Counted from the first letter of the stretch, positions 1 through 14,100 are shown. The stretch: 64,000 nucleotides of DNA from Callorhinchus milii (GCF_018977255.1 NW_024704742.1:70434001-70498000); one strand, 5' to 3'. Made by a program: numbers and translations. Notes: generated from the letters alone by a model not told the origin.

Positions 1-3000
1 CCCACAAGGGGCTTTGAGACATCCTCCCGACATGATTAACAACAACAACAAAATTACATTTGTATTAACGCCTTTAATGTCGAGAGGACATCCCAAGGTA
101 CTCTGTCAGATGCAAAGCATTATTAACAACTGATAACTCATCACTCCGAGGGAAAAGGGCTCAGTGACGAGTTATCAGAGTGGTGAGTTAGGCATAATAA
201 TAAATCTTGCATTTGATACGGCAGCTTATCACGTCTTTGAGACATCTCAAAGCGCTTCACAGAATATAATGCAAAGTGAATTGACTGTATATTTTGTGGG
301 CGACATGTATAGGCATTTCTATAAATACATAAATAAATGCAGCCAGGATACTGACAGCATGATGATTTAAGTGATAGTGACAAGTTAAGGCAGGGTTGAG
401 TTATCAGGAGTTTACTGCAGTTTTGCATGGCTTCTCAACATCAAAACTACTCACATCCATTCCCTCGCAACTCATTCCTAACAGGTGTAGTTTTTTTTTT
501 GCATTCAAACATGTGAAAAAAATGCAGTTTTTTAATATATTCACGACAAAACACCTCAAAGCGCTTCACTGGATCTTCCAGTGTATTCGCCCACAATACA
601 CACGGTCACTGCACTTTACAATATATCCTGTGAAGTGCTTTGAAGTGTCCTCCTGACATGAAAGGTGCTAATTCCTAATGTAAAGATTAGTATCGTTATT
701 ATCACTATTATTGATGAGATGCTGTGTCAAATCGTATTATGATGTGAACCGTAAACAGGTCAGCATTGAGTGCTACCCAGAACAGGGAAAATACATTCAC
801 TCCATGTTTAAATGCTGGGCAAAGCTATCACCTCTCTCCGTGGCTCAGTTTGTATATTTGTTTGTTTCCCCCTTGATTTCACAAGTTGTGTACAGCGTTC
901 CCCCCCACCACCCCACCCCCAAAAAGAGTTTTACTCAACTTTTCTGGCTCCTGTCAAAATAAATCAGCCCAAGTGATCACAGGCTCCTAATGAAAGGAAT
1001 AAACTGACGTGATTCTCAGCGATCAATGCCAGACTTGGCCGTAAATCTGCAGCAGAGTGGAACAGGCAGCTTATAAATGCCATCCGTCGGGGATGTTTCT
1101 CTCGAAGGTGAACGAATGACACAAACAAACCAAGAACATCCTCTACTCCCTCCCTCCCATCCTTTTTTCTGCTCAGCATCCAATGCAATGCTCCAGGACA
1201 TTATTGCAAGTTGTTGTTGTTCAAATTGATAACTTATATAATAATAATAATCTGTGTGTTTGATACAGCGCCTTATCACATCATCGAGATAATAATATTA
1301 TTGCATTTGATATTGGGCCTTATCATGTGATTGAGATCCCTCAAAGCGTTTCACAGAATATATTGTCAGAGAGATCTCAAAGTGCTTCACAGGATTTTTC
1401 TATAAAGTGTAGTGACTGTACTTTGTAGGTGATTGCGGCAGCCAATTTGCGCAGATCAACTTCCTGCAAACAGCCACAAAGTGATTGACCGATTTTATTT
1501 GGGGGGTTGTTGGCCAGGACACCAGGGAGAGAGACACTGTCTTTTCTTTTACAATCCCGACCTTTAACGTCCATCTGAACAGGCATGAATGAGACCTCGA
1601 TTTAACGTCTCATCCGAAGGATGGTGCCTCTGACAATGCGATGCTCTCCCCCCTCCACATCCCCCAGAGCTGTGCTGCAGTGTGAGTCTAGATATAAGCA
1701 ATTAAGAAGACATTATGGGGGTATTTTAATAATAATCCACCTGAACAAGCACAGATGGGGGAACTCTGTTTAACATCTCCTACAAAGGACAGCAAGCTGA
1801 TAATAATAATCTTTGATTTGATATAGCGCTTGTATCATGTCGTTGAGACAAACGCTTGTGTATTTTGTGGGTGAATTGCAACATAAATAATATTAGAATA
1901 AATAATATTATATTAATTATTATAATGAATAGCAATAATCGTTGCAATCTGATACAGCGTCTGAAACATTAATAATGTATCAGAGTCCTTGGCAATGATT
2001 CTTTGAAGTGTGGAGAGCAAGCATTTGTAGACAAATGGTTTATGTTTCACACAAAGGAATGGAGTTAAAGAAACTTGCAATTTTTTCCACGATTGAAGAA
2101 AGTGGATCCGAAATCTGTGCAACTACTTTCGATCATGAATGGCGCTACTAATGTTTCCATCAACCTTGGCAGCCCTTTGTCTGAGTCGCTTCAAACAGTG
2201 AGGCACCCCGTGGCTTTAATTTCTGAATGATAACGCTGAATAAATTGCAGCGTTGAGCAGCCACAACTACATTAAACTCAGAATGAAATAAGAGATCTCG
2301 AGACTCACAGGTGTAGGGCACTTGGAGCCTTTCTGCTGTGTGAATGCCAGCTGTGAATTAAACGTAAGGGGTTCTAACTTGCGACTATCCTGGGAACAGA
2401 AAGGGTTTTGTAATTGGGGACTCGGGATTCCCGTCCAGGCTCCCGGCTGAGGTTGGGAGTAGCAGAGTTCTAGAGAAACATGTCTGGTATTAGTCTCTCG
2501 ATTCATCCCCCACCCACCTACCACCATCCCACACACACACACACCCACACAAAAAACACCTACACACACAAACATGTACACACACCCTGACCCCACACAC
2601 ACCCCCATACACTCCACCCATCCACACACACACTCAATATTGCCACTCTCATCCCAGCCCTGCTGATAGGCAAATTGTCAGTAAAGGAAAGCGCTTTACA
2701 GGATTTTACTGCAAAGTGACCAGATAATAATAATGCTGCTTGCATTTGATACAGCAGCGCCTTATCACGTCATTGAGGCATCTCTAAGTATTTAACATAA
2801 TATATTGTGAAGTGGATTGACTGTGTATTTATGGGTGAAATGCGGCAGCCAAGTCGGCACAGTAGTGGTCCCACAAACATTTGTGGATTGAGTGACCAAA
2901 TTATTATTATTATGAGAATATTCTGAATACACAGAATATATTGTAAAGTGAATTGACTGTATATTTTGTTGGTGAATGTGGCAGCCAATTTGCACACAGC

Positions 3001-3208
3001 AGTGTCCCACAAACAGCCATGAAGTGAGTGACTAATTTTTGGCATGGACACCGGGAGAGAGAAGTTCACTTCTCTTTTGAGTAATGTCACGGAATCTTTA
3101 AAATCCACCTAAACAGACCCAAACAGGACCTTGTTTAATGTCTCGTCTAAAATTCGGTGCCTCCGATAATGCAGGTCTACCTCCCAGTGATAAATAAAAC
3201 GTACTCAC

Positions 3209-3283
3209 CTGTAGATAATGCAGACACAATCGCGACACGTTCCACAGTTGGTGATGTCTTGGCCGGTTCGATAGGACTGTCTC
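3209..3283 (-). CDS. INSYN2/FAM196-family gene, second coding exon (75 nt, phase 2 to phase 2)
   Basis: Minus strand reads gtttcag|G AGA CAG TCC TAT CGA ACC GGC CAA GAC ... ATT ATC TAC AG|gtgagt = (G)RQSYRTGQDITNCGTCRDCVCIIY(S). This matches the FAM196 C-terminal YRTGQD..NC.TC...CIIYS motif. Phase fits the GG|gtaagt donor at 6383. Confidence 0.93.
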
Positions 3284-3346
3284 CTGAAACGGAATCCAAA
3301 ACATGTAACCCTTTAACGTGACAACAATCCTCACATTGGTTGCAGC

Positions 3347-3748
3347 GGCTTATCAGATTGACGACACATCGCAAAGCGCTTCTCGGGATTTTATTGTAAC
3401 TGGAATGACTTTGTGCATTTTATGGGCGAAATTGCGTACCTCCCGACAAACAGCTAAAGAGTGAGTGACTGATTTTATCTGGGGGACTGTCAGCCAGGAC
3501 AGCGGAGAGAGAAACTCCGTTCTCTTTTCCAATAGCAACATGGGCTCTTTGACATCCACCTAAACAAGGTACAGATGGACCCACAGTTTAATGTCTCATT
3601 GGAAGGAAGCACCTCTGCCTCCACCCCCAGCTCTGCATTGGAGTGTCAGCCTGGACTGTATGTGTTCCAGGTTCTAACGTGAGAGGGGCTTGAACCCTCA
3701 ACCTCCTGACTCAGAGGCGAGAGCGCATTTGACTAAACCAAGCTGACA
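3347..3748 (-). mobile_element. SINE family A (tRNA-related head + Deu-type core + LINE-like tail)
   Basis: Reverse complement of the recurring consensus: ctctgagtcag..ggttcaagcccc head, ggtggatgtcaaaga..ggagtttctctctcc core, gaagcgcttt tail. Confidence 0.8.
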
Positions 3749-3819
3749 GATAAGTGGTCGCTCCTTCCATTCCATCCAACCAACGACGTGGTCACAGTGT
3801 GTTTAACCGTGACCCTGTC

Positions 3820-4345
3820 ATAACAACTTGCATTTATACAGCGCCCTTCTCGCAGGGTCACGTCTCGGTGCGCTTAACAGTGGTGGAGCCTGACGCCGAG
3901 CCAGGGAGAGATGACTATAGGCATGGTCAAAGAGGAAGGTCTTCAGGTACAATCTGAAGACTGGCAAGGAGGGGGCAAGGCGGAGGGTTTGACGGAGAGA
4001 GTTCCAGAGTTTCAGGGTATAGCGACTGAACCCATGGCTGCCGATGGTGGAGTGGAGGGAACGAGGGAATTGCGGGAGGCTGGAGCCAGGCTGAGTGAAG
4101 GCGTGAGGTAATAGAGTGGGGTGTGAGCAGGTAAGCAGGAGAGATAGAGCAGGGAGAAACAATGGACTGATCTGAACATGAGGACGAGGATCTAGAATCG
4201 ATCCACTGGCGGGTTGTGGGGATCAGCTCATGGAGTCTGTTGCGGGAATGACCTGTGCTCAGAGTACTGGAGGTTTATATGGGAAGCAGCTGGGGAGTTG
4301 GGTAAGCAACACATTGGCATAATCAAGTCTGTATGTGGCGTAGAT
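3820..4345 (-). mobile_element. L2-clade LINE 3' fragment
   Basis: Minus-strand peptides RLDYAN.LL..LP and LWNSL...LRLAPSLPVFRLYLKTFLF typical of the L2 ORF2 C-terminus, followed by a ggcgctgtataaatgcaagttgtt 3' end. Confidence 0.8.
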
Positions 4346-5215
4346 GAGGGGTCTCGGCAGCCCGTGGAGTTGGTGTGTTGCAGGAAGGATTGCGGGGGGA
4401 GGGAAGGAAGGAGTGGTTGTGGCAGAGGCGATTGACATTGAAGAGAGAAAACTGTTCAAGGGAAGAATAATATTACCAATCTGCTGTCCTTCAAACCTCA
4501 TCTGCAAGTCATCGGTGCTGCTGCACTGACTGTGCTGCAGTCAAACTGGAGTGAGAGCTCCAGCATCTCAGAGAGGCTGGAACACCCCCAAAACCTACCC
4601 CCTGCTCAGCCCGGATCAGAAACACTTCTAGCAGAATCCATTTAAACCATCGTTGCTTTGAGAATGCATTGATGCCAAGGTGAGGAGAATGATGATTACA
4701 AAGATGATCTCCCACTTAGCATTCAATCACAGTCACAGTGACTGAAACTTGTGCTCAGACTTTGTCAGCCCTACCAACACAAGTTTGAGGAGTTCTGTAA
4801 CCCCTTCCTAATGATAATTGATGCGATGTATTTTTGGTGCCGCCAATGGCAGGCAGTCTGTTCGGCCCGTCGATCCCACCCTGCCTCAATGCTTTGTTGC
4901 ATCATGTTCTCCATACCGCTTGATGCCTGCCTGGCTCAGGAACCAGACCACCGAGACCACCACTTAGGTTGGACTTGATTCTGACATTCTTTCGCTAAGC
5001 ACGACATCTTGGAGCCAGCCCAGCACCGAGGAGACATCCCTGCCTCACCTCCTCCCTTTCCACCCTCCCTCCCCAGACGTCAGTCACTAATCTGTGGAGG
5101 TAATGATAGATTAGAGCTGATTGTGTTGCAAATTGAGAAGTTCACACTTATAGCCAACCAAAGGGATTTTGTTAACTCAGCACTACAGACCATTGGATTA
5201 ATAAACAATAAATGC

Positions 5216-5606
5216 ACAATCCTTGCATTTGATATAGCACCTTATCAAAGTCCACTGGATTTACTGTAGAGTGTAGTTGAATGTATATTTTGTAGGTGAA
5301 CGTGCAGCCAATTTGCACACAGAAACGTCCCGCACACAGGCATGAAGTGAGCGACCATTATATCGTTGGCCAGAATAGCAGGAGAGAGAAACTCCCTTTT
5401 CTTTTTGAATAGTGCCGAGGGATCTTTAATGTCCACCTCAACAGGCACAGTTGGGACCTTTAACGTCTCATTTGACATTGCAACGCTCCCCCACACTACA
5501 CTGGAGCATCAGCCAAGACTACTATGTATGGTTTCCAACTCCAAATGTGGGGCTTGAACCCATAACCTGACTCAGAGATGAAACTGCTATCGACTGAGCC
5601 AGGCTG
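5216..5606 (-). mobile_element. SINE family A copy
   Basis: Tail aatccttgcatttgatatagc at the left end and head gagccaggctg at the right end, with the Deu-type core in between. Confidence 0.8.
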
Positions 5607-6382
5607 TGTCTTAAGTGTGTTATGCTCTAAACCACCCCCCACTGTTTTCCTCCCCCCCACCCCTCTTCGTCCTCCCACCACACACTCCCCAGAGTCAGGG
5701 GCCTGGTACTGAGTGGGGAGACGAGTTGGGGGAGGGGGAATGGGAGAGGAGGGTTTATACTCCAATTCTTTCTTTACCACTAGGTGACGTTGTGGGCTGA
5801 AGGAACACTTAAGTTCTCAGGTTCGGATATCAGCACCTCCCTACCCTGAGGCCATGAAGGAGCTGGGTGAACAGAGATGGAAGTCCACAATACCCTGACC
5901 TCAATGGCCCTGCCATGCAATGGCATCACTGCCATTTCACAACTCATTAACCATCAACCATTCAGGTCTTGCTAACTCTGAAGCCAATTGCACACAGCAG
6001 CGTCCCACAAACAATCGTGGATTGAGTGACCAAATTAATTGCCAATTGACTAACAACTGGGTTCCTACTTACTGCTAGGTAAATAGAGCCATGTGGAGTA
6101 AAGAAAGTTGCCCAACATTACCCTCTGCCGGGAATAGAATCCAGGGCTCTCGCTTGCGAGGCAAGTGCTCTAACCACTGAGCTACAGGACTCCACAAGCG
6201 CCTTATTACTTCAGTGAGACGTCTCAAAGGGCTTTGCAGGATATACTGTAAATTGAATTTTGTGGGTGAAATGTGGCAGCCAATTGTGCACAGCAGTGTC
6301 CCACAAACAGTCACGGATTAAGTAAATTGTTATTTCTTAAAATAATATTTGCGTGCGTCAGATACCTTTCTCGTCAACTTAC

Positions 6383-7640
6383 CCGTCCTTGGTGGCTTCC
6401 TTCTTCTCCAGGTCCTGGATGACGTCCAGTAGAATCTTGATGGTCTTCTGGCTGGTCTGCAGGACATCTTCCATAGTCTGCAGCCTGGTTTGGAGAGAGC
6501 TGATTTCATACTGCCTGGTGTGAATTGGCCTGCAACCTTCAGCGCCTGCCAGATCTTTCACGCCACCCCGAGGTGAACGGGGGCACTCTGGCAGGGCTTT
6601 GGCAACCGCTTGTTGCTGGCCTGGAGAGTCCGGCGTAGGTGCCAGTTTACTGCAGTCAATAGTCCTTTCTCCCTGCTGGGCAGTCCCATTGGGAGTCAGA
6701 GGTACTGGCTCAGCTTTGAGCTCAGGGGTAGAGGGGTCTGAGAGGCCAGGGAGCTTTGCATTGAGCGATGTTGGCGGAGTTTTTAGGCAGGACTTTGGAA
6801 AGTCTGGGTTGGACACCCTTAAATATGACAAGTCAGAAACATGGTCCCTGATGGGCCCTCGGCTCCCACTGCCCGGCTCAACTATGGCGCTGAATGAAGC
6901 CTCACCGTCCAACTGGTCCTTGGTTGATCTTGACTTATGTCATCGACCTGGGTTGAGGCCGGGCTGGGCTTGAGGTCATGCGAACTCGGTTGGCAGGTTT
7001 TGGGGGGTATCCCTCTCGGATGTTCTGACGGATCGGTCCTCACAGGACACTGCAGCCTGTCATCCGCCCCCTTCAATTTGCCCCCTGGGTTGCCCGCTGG
7101 GTTGCCCCCGGCGGGGCGGCACGCACTGGAGGCAGGGCACGCCCTCTGTGCTTCCTGGCAGGTCAGAGTGGGCTCTCCTGGCTCCTCCTTCCCATTCGGG
7201 GCTGTGTTGCTGGCTTCGCTGAAGTCGCCCATGCTCTGGCTCCGGTAACGGAACATCGGGCTCTGCTTCTGGAGGCTCGGGGAGGTCTGGATGGCCGTGC
7301 TCATACACAACGTCCTAGGGTTGGGTAGCGTCAGGGAGCAAGGCTTGGAACGACGCCAGCTCCTGGGCGGGACATGTGGCCCCACAGACTCTCTCTCCGC
7401 GATGCGCCCATCGGGCGTCTCGAGAGCCCGCCTCCCTCCGTCTTCCTCAGGTCCATCCGCCAAGTCCTTGAACCTCACCTGCTGGGCTTTCTGCCTTCGT
7501 CTGTGCGGCCTCCTGTCTGCCTCGTTGGAGGAGGAGGAGCCAGAGTCCCTCTTGAGCAGAACCGATCGGACAGTCATGGTTCTGTCTGAGTTGCAGTTGA
7601 CGCTGGGTGCCATTGGGTGACTGTCCTCTCTGCTGACCAT
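6383..7640 (-). CDS. INSYN2/FAM196-family (inhibitory synaptic factor 2A/2B-like) gene, large first coding exon, with one frame break near 6882-6940
   Basis: ATG at 7640 in a strong Kozak context (ATA ATG G), preceded by acceptor cctgac...ttcctcctccag| so the exon starts at 7653. The first frame has VRSVLLKR, QQVRFKD and STAIQTSPSLQK. The second frame ends in the coiled coil LQTRLQTMEDVLQTSQKTIKILLDVIQDLEKKEATKDG with a consensus donor GG|gtaagt. All are recognisable INSYN2A/2B motifs. Confidence 0.9.
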
Positions 7641-10600
7641 TATCCCCCTCCGCCTGGAGGAGGAAGCCTTGGGTCAGGACCGCGTTTTCCAGAATGCCTC
7701 AGACACCTCCGGGCTCCCGGTTGACTGAAGGCGATCATGTGACCACCGAGACGTCACCTTTACCTCCAACTCCCACCAACTCAGCCCGTCCAGGAGGAAG
7801 GCTCCATCCTGCCAGTGCGTCAACGCTAACAAGCGCCTAATCTGGGAGCATGCTCAGAATTCAGGAGTGATTCTGAGTTCATTGACAGTTCCCCCTCCGA
7901 CGAGGGGATAATTATCTGCACAACAGTCTTTAGTGTGTCTCTCCCCCTGCCCCCACCTTGCCCTCCAAGCCCACCCACCACCCAATCCACTCTGCTTAGA
8001 TGTCACGCTGTAAAGCTGGGTTGGCTCGCCCTCTGTCCACACCCCTCCCCTTCACTGCAAGCCGCCACTTCCTCCCGAGGGCTGGGAATCAAGGCTTCCC
8101 TCCTTTGAAGAGCGCAGAGATTACCGCAGTGAGTGTGTTGGACACAGAGCTGCTGATGGGAGTGAAATCGATAGAGATCTTGTGTCAGGAGATCCAGTGG
8201 GTAATACTGTGTCATTTTCACCCCCTTTCACTTCCGAACCTCCTCCACTCCCCCGCCCCTCCCCACTGGTCCACACTCTTCCCACCACCACCACTCGTCT
8301 ACCCTCAGGGGCACATCAGAGGGGCAGATGGAATTTATTGATCAGGGAGTGTGTGAAGTTTAATTCTTAGGGATTGCCGCAGTTGAGATGGTAATCCCTC
8401 CTCATCCCAACCAACTAAATTAAGCAACCAACAACCAACTCAACTAACCACCCTAATCACACATGGTTCTTGAAATGACGCTTTGTCAGGACCTAGAGAG
8501 GTGGAGATTAAAAGAGAGAAAGGAAGAGGCATTAATATGTATGGCGAGTCCAGCAAAGCATTTCAAATGCAATTTATCAGCAACACAGCGCGATCACATT
8601 AGAGGCAGTTCTGCTTTACTCTGCACTCTCCTGTCCTCCCTATTTCATGGCTATTAGGAGAGCGGTATACTCTGCTCCAATTACCCTGAATTTACATTTG
8701 TCAAACAACAACTTACCTTTATACAGCGGCGTTCAAGTAGGATATCGTCTCGCAGCGCTTCACAATGGCAGGGTCAATGCTTGAATGATTTTACTGTAAA
8801 ATTGTGTGACTCTGTATCTTATGGGCGAAGGTGGCAGCCTACTTGCACACAGCATTATCCCACAAACATCCGTGACGTGAGTGACCAATTGTATCTGCCA
8901 GGACACCGGGAGAAAGGTGGATTCAAGCCCCATGTCAGGAATTGATACATATAGTCTAAGGTGATACTCCAATACAGTGATGAAGTGTGTTGCCATCCTT
9001 CGGATGAGACATTAAACCAAGGTCCTGCCTCCCTGGATGGACGTCAAAGAACCCATGGCACTATTTGAAAAGAGAAGGGAGTTTCTCCCATAATCCTGGC
9101 CGATAATCCCCCAAATAAAATTGGTCATTTGTTTCATAGCTGTTTGCAGGACATTGCTGTATGCCATTGTGCTGCCACGTTCATGTACAAACCCACAATC
9201 ACTCCACTTCATAGTAAATCTTGTGAAACCTTTTGGGACGTCCTCCAACGTGAAAGGCGCTATCCAAAATGCAAGCATTATTACAGAGTGTTACAGAATT
9301 CAGCAAATGTGTCAACACAGCCAAAATTTTGAAGTTCATTTTTGCTGTCAGTTTCTTTTAGAATCTGCAGAAAAAAACGACATCAAAGTTCACAAGTTTA
9401 AGAGGGAGGGACTACATCACAGGTCATATAGTTGGGTGGGAGCGAGATCGTGGAGGGATTTAAACACTGAGGACGAGGATCTTGAATTCAATCCGCTGGG
9501 GGATTGGAGGAGATAGCAGAGGCATCCTTCTAACTCAGAGCCAAGAGTTCTGCCAACCGAGCCAGGGAACTCATAATTAAACGGATAAAAGAGAGAAACA
9601 GCTTCTGACAGTGTGAAGAGCAAAGCTTATGACTGAGTCTAAAATAAATGCTGGAGAGGCAGTGCAGTGCGCTGTGTTTCAGCTCCATCACTTCATCTCA
9701 GTGAGTACAGCTTTCCAATCAATTTAAATGTTATTATTTGGTCAGCCGGGTGTCTGTCACCGGTGGAAACCCATCTCTGTGCTTAAGAGTATCCAAACCG
9801 TACTGAGAAATCCATGCCTGCCACCCACACATGCAAATCCCAGTGTTTTTGAATGGAATGCGCTCTTTCTCCCTGGAGGGATGCATCCTGCTTACCTAAT
9901 TCTAGGGAGTATTAGACATGGGCTGGCAAGAGCCAAGGCTTGGGGACCGCAGAGTGCATGTCGCGGTAACTGTTGGAGTCTAACCAGCTAAAACCACATA
10001 GCTTGCTATTGAGAACACTGTCTGGCAAGTTTTCCCGCTTCTTGTCCATCTGGGACCACCCGTTAGGGCTTTGGCTTGCAGGGTTAACAGGAACTGAGTG
10101 TCAGGGTTCCCTACCCCAATTGACTGCTCTACCCTTCCAAGAATCCCAGCCCCACCCACCCAGTGACTGCCACTCAAAGTAAATTAACAAAGACTGTGGG
10201 TTTATATATGAGCTGGTTTGGGGGATATGGAATTTCTACTCTTTCGTTTCAACCCAGCGGACAAAGTCCCATTAATAAATGGCAGAACATCACCACACAA
10301 TGTCTGGCCGTTCAGCTCAACATGTCCCCACTGAGGGGTTTCTGCACATGTACCCCCCAATCTATCCCTCTCTACCACCCACGCACACACCATTTCTCCC
10401 AGACTGATTCTGTCTCTCCCTCACAGTATCTCCCAGATATTCTCTCTACTTCACAAAATCTCCCCCAGACAGATACTCTCTCATTCCCAAATGAAGGACA
10501 CCTCTGCATCATGCTTTATTCTAGCCTGGCTCAGTTGCTAGCATTCTCATCTCTGAGTCAGAAAGTTGTAGGTCTAAGCCCCACATGAGGACTTTAAACT

Positions 10601-10832
10601 TGCCTAACCTAGGCTGATGCTCCAGTGCTGGGGAAGGTGTCGTCCTTCAGATGAGACATTAAAAACCAAATTCCCCTCTGATGAATGTTATAGATCGTGA
10701 GGTTCTATTTTAAAAGAGGAAGGGATTTCTTCCGATGTCCTGGCCAACAATCTCCCAGATAAATTAGTCATTTACTACATGGCTGTTTGCAGGACGTTGC
10801 TGTGTGCAAATTGGCTGCCATGTTATTTAATA

Positions 10833-11120
10833 TAATAATAATCCTTGCTTTTGATGTAGAGCCTTACCACATCGTTGAGACATCTCAAAACGCTTCACAA
10901 AATATATTGTAAAGTGAATTGACTGTATTTTGTGGGTGAAACATAGCAGCCAATTGCCCACGTCAGTGTTTCTCAAACAGATGTGGATTGAGTGACTGAC
11001 AACCACATACCTACTTACTGCTAGGTAAACAGGAGTGTGGAGTAAGGGAACTCCACTGTGCCCAGGAATCGAACTCTGGCTTGCAAGGCAAGCACGCTAA
11101 CCACTACGCTACAGGATTCT
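10833..11120 (-). mobile_element. SINE family B (tRNA-Ala-like head) copy
   Basis: Tail (taa)n ccttgc, middle cctacttactgctaggtaaacag, head ggaatcgaac...ctaaccactacgctacagga. Confidence 0.8.
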
Positions 11121-14100
11121 GGCCATTCACCTACAAATACACAGTCCCTACACTTTACAGTAAATCCTGTGAAGCACTTTGAGACGTCCTACAGACATGG
11201 AAGGCACTGTGTGTGTGCGGAAGGGAGGATATGTCTGGGAGAGATTGTGTGTATGAGTGTGCATCTGAGAGACCGTGTGAGTTTGTGTGTTTTGTGTGAT
11301 GTTCAGTACAATTTCAGAGGCCCAGTGTCTTTGTATCCTAGTGAGGAATGAATCAGAGTTGGAGAATGTGTGTGGAATCTTGGTATTGTTGATAAGTATT
11401 GAGCTGTGATGATGTGAACCTCCTGAATCGATTCAGCAACAAAAGAAATAGAAATTCACCTGTAAACTACGCACTGGATCATGTCAATCCTGCGCCAGGT
11501 TACAGTCAATCTTGTGATGGAGAATTGTTGGCCAGGACACCGGGAGAGAGAAACATTTCCAATAGCGCTCTTGCATCCACCTGAACAGGGCACAGATAGG
11601 GGAGCTCGATTTAACGTCTCATCCGAAGGACGGTGCCTCCGATAAAGTAGTGCTCCCCCCAGCATTGCGCTGGAGCATCAGCCTGGACTATGGGCTCAAA
11701 ATCTCTGACGTGGGGGCTCGAACCCACAACCCTCTGACTTAGAGGCAAGAGTGCTATAAACTGAGCCAGGCTGATTTGATATAGCGCATTTCATGCCAAA
11801 TGCAAGGATTATTTTGTTCTTATTTCCCTGTATTGGGTCAATGTGAGGAGGTTAATCCCACATTAAAGTGCAGCTCATGCTTTATTTTAGATTTAGCTCA
11901 GTATATTCCACCCACCCCCACAGGGCTGAGAGTGAGCGAGTAATTTAATGGCAAAGAGATGTCCTCTTCTGTGCCTGTTCGGATAGACATTCAAGATCCT
12001 GTGGCGCTGTCAGAAAAGAGAAGGGAGTTTCTCTTTCCCGGTGTCCTGGCCGACAATCCCCAGATACAATTGGTCACTCGCTGTTTGCAGGAACGTTGCT
12101 GTGCGCAAATCGGTTGCCGCATTAAACACACTCTACACTGTATCCTGTGAAACGCTTTGACATGTCACCACCAAATAATAAGACACTATATGAAGTGCAA
12201 AGGATTATTGTTATAATGGTATTCACATTTGTTGTGTCGCTTATAATGTGGAAATCTTTCAAAGAGCATTGCTGTGAAGAGGAAAGTGATTTTGCTTGTG
12301 CCCAATTCTGGCAGCTGTTTTATGGGTTTCAATGTCCCACAAACAGCCAAAAAGTGAATGGAGAATTGTCGCCCAAGACACCGGGAAAGACTTCCTTCAC
12401 TTCTGCAATGGGATGTTTGACGTCCACCTCAACAGGCACATTAATTCCTTAATTTGACATACTGTTCTGAAAAGAGTGACTCCAATAATGCAGTGCTCCT
12501 CCACTGAACAGGCACAGACGAGACCTCAATTTAATATCTTAATTGTAATAATCCTTACATTTGGTACAGCATCATTCACAATGGAAAGACTTTCCAAATG
12601 GCTACACTAAAAGTGTAGTGACTGTGTTTAGTGGGTGAACACGAGAGCCAATTTGTGCACAGTGATGTCCCTCAAACAGCCATGAAGTGAGCGACCAATT
12701 TTACCTGGGGGATTGCTGGCCAGGACAGTGGGAGAGAGAAACTCCCTTCGCTTTTTGAGCAAAGCTGCGGGATCTTTAATGTCCACCTGGACAGGCACAG
12801 ACGGGACCTCGGTTTAACATCTCATGTGAAGGACGGACTCTCCTGCAGTGCTGTGCTCCCGCTGGCACTGCACTGGAGTGCCAAACTAGATTGTAAGCTC
12901 AGAAACCCCGACGGGGGTGGGGGGAGAGAGGGGCTAGAAATGGGGATGGGGAAGTGGCGGGAGGAAGGGACTTAACTGTTTACATTACCTCCAACAAGCA
13001 TATCAATATAAATGTTTCCATTCTAATGTACGCCTGTAGTGTTAGTGCGCTCCCCTTGCAAGTGAGAGGACCGGGTTCGATTAGGCAAGTTTCCTTAATA
13101 ATAAGTAGTAAGAGTATTATTACACCTGCAAATACAGTCACCACCCTTTACAGTGAATCCTGTGAGATGCATCGGGATAGCCTCCTTAGGTGAAAGGTGC
13201 CGTATCAAATGTAAGGATGATTATTACATTTTTATTATTGTTAATAATTTCCATTGATTTTCTCCAAACTTTTCTGAGGATTGAAGAGGAGGGACACGGG
13301 CTCTGGCGAGCTGTGCTCTCACAGTGCTGAACATTGAATTCAGTCTTTTTCTCTCTCTCCCTCCCTTCATCTCTCAGAATGTCACCTTGCAGAGGAGAAA
13401 TCTGCTCTGCTAGGTCAACACAAAATAGAACGAAGCGTTTACACAATGCACAGTCACTACGTTTCACAGCAAAAATCACATCAAGCGCTCTGAGACGTCC
13501 TCTACGGGATCTTTAATGTCCACTTGGAACAGGCACAGACGGGAATTAGCTTCTCATCCGAAGGACAGCACCTCTGACAATGTGGCACTTCCCCCCGCAA
13601 TGGGCTGGAGCATCAGCTCAGACTGTGAGTTCAAAAAGTCCCTAACGTGGGGTTGAACCCACAGCCTTCTGACTCACTAGGTGAGATAGCTACAGGCTGA
13701 GCCAGGCTGACCCTTGCTAGATCAGTTGCAAGAAACATTCTGTTGTTTAATGGACCGATATTGACACAGAGAGGACCGCTCGTACTCTCACACATTCGCT
13801 GGCAGTTGCCCTAACCCAGATTCTGAGGGACGACTGCAGATAGCGGGTTTACAAAGGAGCACAGAATGGAAAGGGAACTGCAGAGAATACAGCATTGCTC
13901 ACCTCATCAGTGACAGCCTCACACGTTCAGTGCAAGCTTACATTAATAATAATCCTTGCATTTGATGCAGCGCCTCAACATATCGTCGAGACGTCTCAAA
14001 GCTCACAGTAAAGTGCAGTGCCTGTGTATTTTTGAAGGTGAAATGTGGCAGCCAATTTGCATGAAGTAATGTCCTGCAAACAGCTATTAACTGAGTGACC

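Noticed and set aside
1..3208. Final INSYN2 coding exon (VE.DF.QQE motif) and the preceding DOCK exon
   Set aside because: Searched by eye and not found; probably outside the window to the left.
6882..6940. Programmed -1 ribosomal frameshift in INSYN2
   Set aside because: No canonical slippery heptamer in the overlap; an assembly indel or a mutation is more parsimonious.
6599..7620. Plus-strand ORFs 6599..6973, 6937..7248 and 7291..7620, and minus-strand ORF 7060..7308
   Set aside because: Shadows of the GC-rich INSYN2 exon with no independent motifs.
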